Positions 55,858 through 64,000 of a DNA stretch of 64,000 bases are shown here, one piece after another (position 1 is the stretch's first letter; the number at the start of each line of letters is the position of its first letter). The notes under the pieces are model-generated. The model saw only the letters and a list, made by a program, of their open reading frames with translations. It was not told the origin of the DNA and made no database searches. The translations under genes and the position numbers were made by a program. The stretch is from the IMG/VR virus record IMGVR_UViG_3300006153_000006, one strand, 5' to 3'. Source of the stretch: a virus (Duplodnaviria > Heunggongvirae > Uroviricota > Caudoviricetes).

Positions 55858-56111
55858 ACCAACACCCCTCTATGCGTCAATATAATGGGGTTGCCGGTTT
55901 ACCACCCTCCACCGGCAGGATGCACGCATTCGACTCATATCACCCGTTGTACCTCCGGGGATATGGCCGAAACCCCACATCAAGCAGCATTTCTTGACTA
56001 ACCCATCCGACTTTCGGCTTTTGTTCGACTGGTGGGCTGCCAGCCTAACCGCACCATTTCCCCGACATCTGTGGGGCGGTTACGGTTACCCCTGCGACTT
56101 GCTCGCAGGGC

Positions 56112-56187
56112 TGGTGGAGACAATCGGACTCGAACCGACGACCCTCTGCTTGCAAAGCAGATGCTCTCCCAACTGAGCTATGTCCCC
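56112..56187 (-). tRNA. tRNA-Ala (anticodon UGC), CCA encoded
   Basis: GGGGACA acceptor with G3-U70, GCTC/GAGC D-stem, anticodon loop TTTGCAA, T-loop TTCGAGT. Confidence 0.8.
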
Positions 56188-56633
56188 ATGAATGGGGCGG
56201 GACAACGCCCGCCCCTATATAAATCAATCCGCTACCACCCAGCCTGGTGGTTATCCCCACGGTCACATACTCACCCGACAAACCATTCTCTCCAGGGTTT
56301 TGTAAAGCGTTTTTAATTTTTCTTTGAGCGCCACTGCGCTGAACTTTACACCCTTATAAGCGTTGAGGGCTGAATGTTAATCCTTGATCGTTAAGTCGTA
56401 AGCTTTACAGCTCATTGTAACCGCACACATTGCGGTTTCATCTTGATTTGATACAAGATATTTCAAAACTTTTACATACCCAAAATGTAGGTTTTGAAGT
56501 AGGAGTTGAACCTACTAACGGCTTATCAAGCCAATACCAAGGAGCGCCTTTTCTTTTTTACTTTACTTATCTGTAATGGCGCAAAAACAGAGAAGGAATA
56601 TGATTTGGGGTTTTCGGGTGGCAGCGAAATTGA

Positions 56634-56891
56634 TTACTCAGAAATCAGAACCACATCAGACGAGTGGCACAGGTACGTCTTCCCGTTAATCGTCACCTGG
56701 ATCTGGTCGCCGTCCTCATAATCCTTCCACGAAGTGACCTCACCCCGCAGAATAGACCCGTCAGGAAGACTGATGATGGCGCTCTTGAAGGTAAACGTGG
56801 TGTCAATGAGTTGATAGTTTCCGCAAGACGCCAGCATCATCATAATGGCGGCAAGAGCCGCCATTATACCTACGATTCTCTTTTTCACCAT
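56634..56891 (-). CDS. Small lipoprotein
   Basis: Signal peptide ending in a lipobox-like LASC. Confidence 0.45.
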   Translation of the reverse strand: MVKKRIVGIMAALAAIMMMLASCGNYQLIDTTFTFKSAIISLPDGSILRGEVTSWKDYEDGDQIQVTINGKTYLCHSSDVVLISE

Positions 56892-56900
56892 ATCACCGCC

Positions 56901-57542
56901 TTAATACTCGACAGAAATCTCGGTCATGGCGTTGGACACGGAAAGGGTGGAGTCCACATCAACCATGAAGGCGGAAATCTCGGCCTCCAAAGCCTCAATC
57001 TTTTCCGCGACCTTGAGAGGATCCACCAACTCCACGGTCTGGGCGGCGACAAAGTCGGCCCGAACCCTCTTGACGTCATCAGAAGCGTTCTTCATGTCGG
57101 TGTTGCCATAAAGGGACTTGATGTACTCGTCTGCCCGGTGTTCCAGCTCATCGCCGTTTGCCTTGTCGGCAGACTGCTTGGCCTTTGCATAGGAATTACG
57201 GAGCTCAGCGAGAAGCAGCTTCTTCAGCTCCATACCGTGGTTCTTCATCTCGATGGCCTCCGCCACAGTGTACTCCTTGCCAGCGATCGTCACCTTGGTG
57301 GTCGCGTTAGACAGAACCACCGCCCGCTTGATGGCATCACGGCGGCGAATGAGGTCAACGACCTTGTCGTAGCCAGCCTCCATGTTCTTACAGAACTCCG
57401 CAACAGAAACGCCAGAAATCTTCTGGTTAGAGTGCTTGTTGGCTGTGATGAAGGTAGTCTCGTCGATGGCACCATATACACGAGAATCCAGCGTCTTTAA
57501 CTCGCTCAGAGCCTTATGCACGTTCATGGTTTCTTTGGTCAT
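56901..57542 (-). CDS. Hypothetical coiled-coil protein (possible scaffold-like)
   Basis: ORF only; helical and charged. Confidence 0.3.
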   Translation of the reverse strand: MTKETMNVHKALSELKTLDSRVYGAIDETTFITANKHSNQKISGVSVAEFCKNMEAGYDKVVDLIRRRDAIKRAVVLSNATTKVTIAGKEYTVAEAIEMKNHGMELKKLLLAELRNSYAKAKQSADKANGDELEHRADEYIKSLYGNTDMKNASDDVKRVRADFVAAQTVELVDPLKVAEKIEALEAEISAFMVDVDSTLSVSNAMTEISVEY

Positions 57543-57682
57543 GGTAATCTTTTCTCCTTTATCTTTGAAATTTATTTCAGCTCTTAATGAGCTGCGGTCG
57601 ATAACATTTGCAAACCAAAACCCTCGGCTAACAGTTTGCCTGACGCTCCCAATTCACTTCGTCGTGCGTCGTTTCCCTATGT

Positions 57683-57779
57683 TGGTGCTCAAGCAGGGAC
57701 TCGAACCCCAAACCTTACGCTAATCTGGCGCTAATACCGAGTATAGATCGGCTGCTCTACCGATTGAGCTACTTGAGCA
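57683..57779 (-). tRNA. Atypical tRNA-like gene (94-nt body, internal 7-nt direct duplication, anticodon loop UCUAUAC)
   Basis: Perfect 7-bp acceptor GCTCAAG/CTTGAGC plus CCA, canonical D-arm and T-loop TTCGAGT. The variable region is 26 nt and contains a CGCTAAT direct repeat. The anticodon would be UAU if the loop is read conventionally. Confidence 0.5.
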
Positions 57780-57895
57780 TCTATGCCGCACTCTCGGTGT
57801 AGCTGTCTGCCGAAAATTGAAACTCGCCATTCAGATATACCTCAAAATGACCCCTGACCGCTTTTACTTCATATCCATCCGGCATATCCGGCACC

Positions 57896-58612
57896 TCACT
57901 TTACACACAGTGTTTTGCGCTTTATTTTTCCATTCGATGTGTATTGATAACATTGGTAAAACAACAAGTTGCCGTATCCCAAATACTCCAACTCATCATC
58001 GATGTAGAACCGTGGCCGCTCAATCCATTTAGCTGCTATTACCTTAAGCTGAACGATCTTTTTCTTCTTCCCTTTGTTCGCAAAGATTTTTGATGGAAAT
58101 TCCAGCCCGTTTTTAGATAGATAATTTCTTATCGTCTCCTCGGATGGATTTGCGCTGTTGATGAAGATAGAAAAACCCTCCTCGCAAAGCCAGCGATAGA
58201 GGGTATGGAACTTTTTGTTGGTAATCGTATGGTCAAAGTCCAAAACCACAATCGGATTTGCGGATTTATACATCATCAACAAGTCAATCACGCTCGATCT
58301 GTCTTCCTTGACGATGCTATCCGCATCATCTGTCTGAAATTCCCTCGTGATTTTGTAAATACCACGCAACTGGTTTGTTAAAAACTCCATGTATGACAAA
58401 ACGCCTTTGAACTGCATTGTATCCAGGAGATTTCTCAGTTCATCCTCGGAGAAAATGCGATAGACGAACAGACTTTTCATTAGATGCTTCAACCTAATTG
58501 TCTCGCGGCGGGTCAAAAGCGTTTTGCTTATCCCATACTTATTGCACACATCGGTAGGCATACCGGTCAAGTAATCATGGCAGATATCGTAGGAAACCAT
58601 AGTATCATTCAT
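57896..58612 (-). CDS. HAD-superfamily hydrolase
   Basis: VVLDFDHTIT DxDxT motif. Confidence 0.5.
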   Translation of the reverse strand: MNDTMVSYDICHDYLTGMPTDVCNKYGISKTLLTRRETIRLKHLMKSLFVYRIFSEDELRNLLDTMQFKGVLSYMEFLTNQLRGIYKITREFQTDDADSIVKEDRSSVIDLLMMYKSANPIVVLDFDHTITNKKFHTLYRWLCEEGFSIFINSANPSEETIRNYLSKNGLEFPSKIFANKGKKKKIVQLKVIAAKWIERPRFYIDDELEYLGYGNLLFYQCYQYTSNGKIKRKTLCVK

Positions 58613-58652
58613 AATCTTACCCCCCTACCGAAGTGCTGTTTTATAAAGAATG

Positions 58653-58885
58653 TGCGGGTGAGGATTTGCACCTCACATGATGTGGATTATACCTGGCAGA
58701 CCCTCTGCGCACTGAGCTACTCCGCCCTGTCCCCCTTGCGGGAGCGCCGAGTGGGACTCGAACCCATGTCCACATCTATCTGGACTGCATCTTAGCGTTT
58801 ACTGTTGCGTGGGCTTCGATTACGAAACAACACGCTTTACTACTTGTCCAACATTCCTGCTGGAAGTATCTATTCCGCCACCGCA
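58653..58885 (-). ncRNA. tRNA-like structured ncRNA, copy B
   Basis: 233-nt unit with the same 5' 17 nt and 3' 26 nt as copy A and a different core. The core has a D-arm-like GUAGCUCAGUG and a second T-loop-like GGGUUCGAGUCCC. Confidence 0.4.
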
Positions 58886-59173
58886 CGAATTAACTGTGAC
58901 ATGGCTTTTGGAAGCCATCAAGAGCAAATGATGGAATGAGCCGCTCTTTGCCATCACTACAAGCACAAACTGCAATGCCAGGATCTTCAGTCCAACGCTT
59001 AAACTCTGCGGTATAGCTCGCATACCCGCTGGTCATTTTCCCGGAAAACCCGTTATACACGAAGTTTTTGACTCGCATCAAACTCACATCCATTCGTTTA
59101 TTTTTTTGCAGCACGCAAACCCCCTGAACGTACTGCTGCCGACTGCCCTTTTGTTTCCAGTCGGCTCCCCTCT

Positions 59174-59583
59174 TGGTGGAGGTGGGGGGAATCGAACCCC
59201 CGTCCAAAATCCCTACTCGCTCAAAACATTCTTACGCAATATCCATTTCTTCGTTATGCCTTGCGGCGGCTCGATTAGAAATAGCAAGAAACAGCCGGGG
59301 CGTACCAGCTCTGGTACTGCTTCCACCACTCGGTTTTATGGCAGCCGAGAACCACAAAGGTGCTGAGTCTATACATACCCACAACCTTTACCGGCCCAGC
59401 GAGGTCTGCTGTGGGAAGTTCGCCTTTGCTCAGGCGGCAGCTCCCTCAAGAGCGGCAATCAGAGCGGGGTGAACCATAACGATCTCAGTGTTATTGTTGG
59501 CATTTGTGTTTGTTGTCCCTTAAGGTGGTAACATCCCTGCGTGTTTTGAGTTATCAGAACCCTGTCGAAACCATTACACCCCC
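59174..59583 (-). ncRNA. ssrA: tmRNA (ssrA)
   Basis: 5' GGGGGUGUAAUGGUUUCGACAGGG matches the tmRNA 5' consensus. The 3' end GGACGGGGGUUCGAUUCCCCCCACCUCCACCA gives the T-arm, an acceptor with G3-U70 and encoded CCA. An internal ORF ending in alanines (ALIAALEGAAA) is a possible tag. Confidence 0.75.
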
Positions 59584-59626
59584 ATGTTCCCGCCCCGTTT
59601 GGGGCGGGGATTTTTTTGATTTTAGA

Positions 59627-60457
59627 TCAGGTACATAAAGCGGGGGCCAGCCCAATGGAATAACTCGCACTGGTGTAGTCGGCGTTGCCGTTGGAGTTCA
59701 CACGGCAGAAGTTGCCGCTGGCGTTGTAACTAGGGGAACGCAACAGATTATATCTTCGGTCGCCATCCTTATCCTTTTTATAATAAGGAATACCCTCTTG
59801 CTTATAGAAGTCATACCAATGTCCCTCACCAGAGGCAGAATAGAAGCAGCGACCGTATAGCTCGACCTCGCTCTTGAGCCATACCTTGCAAACCTCCCGC
59901 AGGATATCACTACTTCCCCCTCCGGCTGAGGTAAGCTTAATGACTGGCTTGATGATGGCCTGAAGTTCATCGGAACACCGCCCGAGGAAGTCTCCATTCA
60001 ACCATTTCCCTGCATCAGAAGTGATAAAACCGCCTTTGTTTGTCCCGCATTCATTCATACAGCGATTTTCCTTGTACACATAGACCATGTCCCAAGAGAT
60101 GGGTGCTTTTCCACTCCCATCAGCAAGGTCGTCATGGTTAAATCCGATAATCTGCCAAACAGCGATGTATCCATCCTTCATGTGATCATGTTTGGTTGCA
60201 CCGAGTGCAAAAAACTGCTGCGCATTTCCAGACTTGCCAATACGATCAATGGCATCCCAGCTGATATGGTCGAGATTGGTAAGTGGGCTTGGCGGAACAG
60301 CAACAGAGACTGCGAGCGGACACGATGCAACAGCTTTCCGCAAAGCGTCCTCCAACCCTGTTACCGTAAAATTATCAAGTTTTAAGACGATCTCCATCTT
60401 CATCCCTCCATCAACCAATTTATGTCTTGCGCCCTTGGAGGCTCGAACTCCAGACAC
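59627..60457 (-). CDS. Paralog B of the putative receptor/ligand-binding protein, with an AAC-rich DGR-like variable C-terminus
   Basis: 276 aa; C-terminal SYNASGNFCRVNSNGNADYTSASYSI encoded by AGT TAC AAC GCC AGC GGC AAC ... with many AAC codons. Same LLRSP/GLAPA flanks and GC-rich 3' stretch as paralog A; a GC hairpin follows the stop. Confidence 0.5.
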   Translation of the reverse strand: MSGVRASKGARHKLVDGGMKMEIVLKLDNFTVTGLEDALRKAVASCPLAVSVAVPPSPLTNLDHISWDAIDRIGKSGNAQQFFALGATKHDHMKDGYIAVWQIIGFNHDDLADGSGKAPISWDMVYVYKENRCMNECGTNKGGFITSDAGKWLNGDFLGRCSDELQAIIKPVIKLTSAGGGSSDILREVCKVWLKSEVELYGRCFYSASGEGHWYDFYKQEGIPYYKKDKDGDRRYNLLRSPSYNASGNFCRVNSNGNADYTSASYSIGLAPALCT

Positions 60458-60500
60458 TCGCCTTAAAAGGACGATGCTTTCCCAACTGAGTTAATGGCGC
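60428..60500 (-). tRNA. tRNA-Lys (anticodon UUU), no encoded CCA
   Basis: Anticodon stem UCGUC/GGCGA with loop CUUUUAA, T-arm UGGAG UUCGAGC CUCCA; one A-G mismatch in the acceptor and a weak D-stem. Confidence 0.55.
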
Positions 60501-60501
60501 A

Positions 60502-60528
60502 GAAAACCCAGGCGCAGACACGCCTGGG
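60502..60528 (-). terminator. Hairpin terminator upstream of tRNA-Lys
   Basis: CCCAGGCG ... CGCCUGGG 8-bp stem followed by UUUUCUG on the minus strand. Confidence 0.4.
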
Positions 60529-60857
60529 TAGAGAAATCACAATCGCCAAACCGTCTTGCAATAGAAGATCCGTTACTCTCACGCTTGGGCGCTCATAGTA
60601 TTTACGAGTTGGCCCACGGAGCCTCTGCTAAAACTTAGCCCTAATCGCTCTACGACTGTCCACTCCTCACTTCACAGCTATCGCAATCAGGCTTGGCAAT
60701 CACGGTACATCTCAACCCCTCCGCTGGTGTCGTCAGTCGGAACCGTTCTTCATTTATAGGCCGGGGTCAGCCAAACACAATTTTCACCCCATCGCTCCAT
60801 CGCACAGCGTGTGGGGAAGGCCCGTTTCTGCCTCCGTGGCTGGTGGAACCATACCTG

Positions 60858-60932
60858 TGGTGACCCGGATGGGACTCGAACCCATGTTACCGCCGTGAAA
60901 GGGCAGTGTCTTAGCCACTTGACCACCGGGCC
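60858..60932 (-). tRNA. tRNA-Glu (anticodon UUC), CCA encoded
   Basis: Acceptor GGCCCGG/CCGGGTC, anticodon loop CTTTCAC, T-loop TTCGAGT. Confidence 0.75.
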
Positions 60933-61364
60933 ATGTGGAGAGCTGGCGAATTTCCGCAAGCTCTCCGATGGGTGCTTATGGACTCGAACCATTGATACCC
61001 CAAGACTATATTCTTTATGATAGCAAGAAAGGGAGGTGAAAAGATGGCAGGGAAAGGAGGCCGCCATAGTCTTTGGTATACACCCATGAAGGGGTTGGCG
61101 GTTTTCCTTTATGTCCTCACCAGCCGCCAGAAGGGAGCGTTGTTTATGTGTGCCGCCGGAACTCCGCCCGGAAATCGGCGTGACCCCTCGCAGACCCCGC
61201 TCTATGTCTACTTGCCTTATTACGGTGGCCAACCGCCCGATATGTGTTGGCAATGTTGAGTTTGCAACCTCTCATGCTTCTATCATAACGGGACTAAGCG
61301 TTGGGGTGGAAAACCACCCCGCCGGAATCGTACCGGCCCAGGCAATAGTGCCATCGAACCTCGC

Positions 61365-61865
61365 TTATACTTGATACTTAACCGGGATTTTAGGTGCAAT
61401 CCATGTTCCGATACTCATGACCGCCGCATCCATAACCCATACAACAAGGCTTTTCGGGGCCTTGACAACAAGCGGAATAGAGTACAAGAAACACTCAATG
61501 AGTGTTTTGGCGACAAAGACACCAAGGAATGTTGCGCTCACGATTATCAAGACCCGCTTGATTGTGCTTGCGTTACTCTTGACGCCGTAATGACCGACCC
61601 AAAGACCAATCAGTACATTCCCAACGATCCAACCGGGCGGGAACCAGCCTGATGTCAGAAGGCTCACGAACAGGCACCCGACACCACCGACCACTGCTCC
61701 GACAATAGACCCAAAGTAGTAGCAGTAAACCGCAAATACGATGTACCCAAGGTCAAGACTCGCATGACCAATGACCGGGATTTTTGCCGTCATACTGACA
61801 GCAACATACAGGGCTATACCAAGCCCAAGAAGGCAGACCGTACGAACTCCGTTTGACTTTTTCAT
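61365..61865 (-). CDS. Polytopic membrane protein (ECF-transporter S-component-like)
   Basis: 166 aa with 5-6 predicted TM helices rich in G/V/I; size and pattern resemble substrate-capture S components such as QueT/BioY-like proteins. Confidence 0.4.
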   Translation of the reverse strand: MKKSNGVRTVCLLGLGIALYVAVSMTAKIPVIGHASLDLGYIVFAVYCYYFGSIVGAVVGGVGCLFVSLLTSGWFPPGWIVGNVLIGLWVGHYGVKSNASTIKRVLIIVSATFLGVFVAKTLIECFLYSIPLVVKAPKSLVVWVMDAAVMSIGTWIAPKIPVKYQV

Positions 61866-62062
61866 ACCGTCTCACCTCAAACGACAGCCCATACGATACA
61901 AGCCATCAGAAAAAGACCGGCAGAAAATGCCGGAAGCCCAGACAGGAGCTTAGCCACTCGACGATTACGGCGATTGACCTGACGCTCACGACGGCGGGCG
62001 CACTTGGCAATATACCTTTCGGCCCGGATTTCCCTTTCTTCCATAGACATGACAGCCCCTCC

Positions 62063-62316
62063 CTACGCCGTACGGCCAACGATGGAAGATCGCTCCATAG
62101 CGAAATTCCCGCAGGGCCGCTCACGGATAACCTTGCCATCCTTGTTCTTCTCCTGGATAGTACCATGGCAAACCCAGACATTGGTGCCGGAAACCTTCTC
62201 CATGATGGCGCCGCACTTCTTGCAGACTTTCTTGTTCTTCTCCTCGGCGACTTTGGGCTTGATGCCCATAATAGCCCCCAGTTCGGCAAACGACTTGACC
62301 ACAATGTTCTTCATAT
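62063..62316 (-). CDS. Small zinc-ribbon protein
   Basis: CKKCG ... CHG Cys pairs; internal start with RBS. Confidence 0.3.
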
Positions 62317-62478
62317 ACGATCTCCTCCCTTTCAATGATAGGCATATACGGTCAGGGACTCTACAGGTTTCAAAATACCACCCGCAGATTGTTTCCCACA
62401 GACCGCCCGTCTTGGGCGGTTTCGTCGTAATTTTCAACGACTCGTCAGTGTGGTTTTTATAGGAGTGAGGATACCTGT

Positions 62479-62622
62479 TTAGTCGTCCTCACGCTCGGGG
62501 CAGGACTCCTCATGTTCCGGATAGCAGTCGGGACAGAGAGGCTTACCGCAGTAAGGGCAAAACTCCACCTCATCGGCGGGGATGTCGATACCGCACTCAT
62601 GGCATTTGAACTTTTCGCCCAT
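62479..62622 (-). CDS. Small Cys-rich zinc-ribbon protein (not in the ORF track)
   Basis: 48 aa MGEKFKCHECGIDIPADEVEFCPYCGKPLCPDCYPEHEESCPEREDD with AAGGAGG RBS. Confidence 0.35.
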   Translation of the reverse strand: MGEKFKCHECGIDIPADEVEFCPYCGKPLCPDCYPEHEESCPEREDD

Positions 62623-62625
62623 ACC

Positions 62626-63378
62626 TTAGCCCTCCTTCTTGGCCTTGAACTCCACCTCATAGGTGGCGCCGGGGGTCACGATGCGGTGGCAGATCTCCGC
62701 CAGATAGTTGACGAAATACCGATGGTTGGCACAGGTGACGGTGAGAGCCTTCCGGCTCTTCTTGGAATAGATGGACATCAGGTAGTTCACATCATGGGAT
62801 GTGGGCTTGTAGTCCCCGCCGAGCATAGCGGTGACGATACTCTGGAGACTCTTGAGCAGATTGGTCTTGCTTGCCGGGTTCTTGCCCATGTCATACTCAC
62901 GGGCAACCTCGCTCATAGCGTAGCTGTCATTGATCTTCTTGGGATTGATACCCAAGTCAACGGCTTTCTGAGCCGTCATGACAAAGTTCATCTTCTGAGC
63001 GATATGGGGCCACTTCTCGTCGGCCCCGATACCGCCGCAATACTTGTTGAGCTTGAGAAGGTCGATAGTACGTTCCTTCTCAACGATACCCCGGACAGGA
63101 ACCTTATCATCGCCCTTCTTCTCGTCCTTGACCCCGATGGTCATAAAGGAAAGGCGCTGGACGGCGGTGAGCATGGGGTCGGGGGTGTTCTTGCAGTCCT
63201 CGAAGCACATATCCCGAACGGTGGCAGTGTACTCGTTGATGATCTGGGTGAGGGTCTCATCGGTCTTGGATGCGTCCTCAAACTTGCCGGTCTGGATAGC
63301 CTCATTGTAAGCCTTGACCAATTCCTCGGCCTTGCCTTTCAGTTCGACCAACTTGGCCTCATTTTCAGCTCTGGTCAT
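62626..63378 (-). CDS. Hypothetical protein
   Basis: 250 aa ORF preceded by a long structured upstream region. Confidence 0.35.
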   Translation of the reverse strand: MTRAENEAKLVELKGKAEELVKAYNEAIQTGKFEDASKTDETLTQIINEYTATVRDMCFEDCKNTPDPMLTAVQRLSFMTIGVKDEKKGDDKVPVRGIVEKERTIDLLKLNKYCGGIGADEKWPHIAQKMNFVMTAQKAVDLGINPKKINDSYAMSEVAREYDMGKNPASKTNLLKSLQSIVTAMLGGDYKPTSHDVNYLMSIYSKKSRKALTVTCANHRYFVNYLAEICHRIVTPGATYEVEFKAKKEG

Positions 63379-64000
63379 AATAGTTACTCCCTTCTTATTT
63401 TTGTATCAAGCGGTTTACCGCTCAAGAAAGCCGCCGGAGTTGATACCCCGGCGGCTCTATCAACGGTAAACCCCACGCCGGTAGTGCCGGCCCCGCATTT
63501 CAACGGTGGGCCGTCAATACGACCAACCGTTGTTACGGTATTCCGTGGCATAAGCGTCGTTTCTAACGCCTACCGGCTCATGGGGGAAATTTTCATTCTT
63601 CACAATACTCGACCAAATTAGGTTTTCATACCATGCGCCTTCTGTTCGGCTCCTCGGAGCATAACCACCCTGGGGTGGGAACATTGGACGATACTAATAG
63701 CCCTCAATGATCTTTTTCGCATAGCCTTCAGTTCCTCAAGCCGAGTTTAGGCTCATAGGCACAAACCTCCGGGGATTTTCACAATCTCGAACCCGTAGCT
63801 TAATTCTACGGCACCGGCGACAGATGGATATACCATCAATGCTTTTCTTTAACGTCCTCAAGCTGGACACAAGGCCATAGCTGGAAGTGCCGGACATCTC
63901 CGGTTGTATTCCGTAGCCTCTCAAGGCGGGGCGGCTTGCCCTTGCCTTTCACCCTACACCGCAAAGGGGCAACCCCCTTTTGCCCAAACGTGGGCGGCGG

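Noticed and set aside
1-64000. CRISPR arrays
   Set aside because: No run of evenly spaced direct repeats with unique spacers is present. The only tandem repeats are the short coding PT repeats at 12210-12300 and the intergenic elements described.

Overview
The window reads as about 64 kb of a large temperate phage or prophage of a Gram-positive (Firmicutes-like) host. Nearly all genes lie on the minus strand and use GGAGG-type ribosome-binding sites. From left to right: holin-like genes, an integrase/excisionase pair with attP-like repeats, nucleotide-metabolism and replication genes, a MazF-like toxin, a CI/LexA-like repressor, an RNA-repair module, an NAD+ salvage cluster, a reverse transcriptase, and a region rich in tRNAs with a tmRNA. 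The most unusual signals are (i) four related structured intergenic elements with covarying terminal inverted repeats around the RT gene, one in the retron-like position just upstream of it; (ii) two paralogous genes whose C-terminal 26 codons differ only at codon positions 1 and 2, a DGR variable-repeat signature; (iii) the NAD+ island with an adjacent NAMPT-like/Prs-like (NARP1-type) pair; (iv) a pair of tRNA-like ncRNAs with shared termini; and (v) frameshifts at poly-G tracts in two enzymes. All calls come from reading the sequence and recalling family motifs; no search was run.
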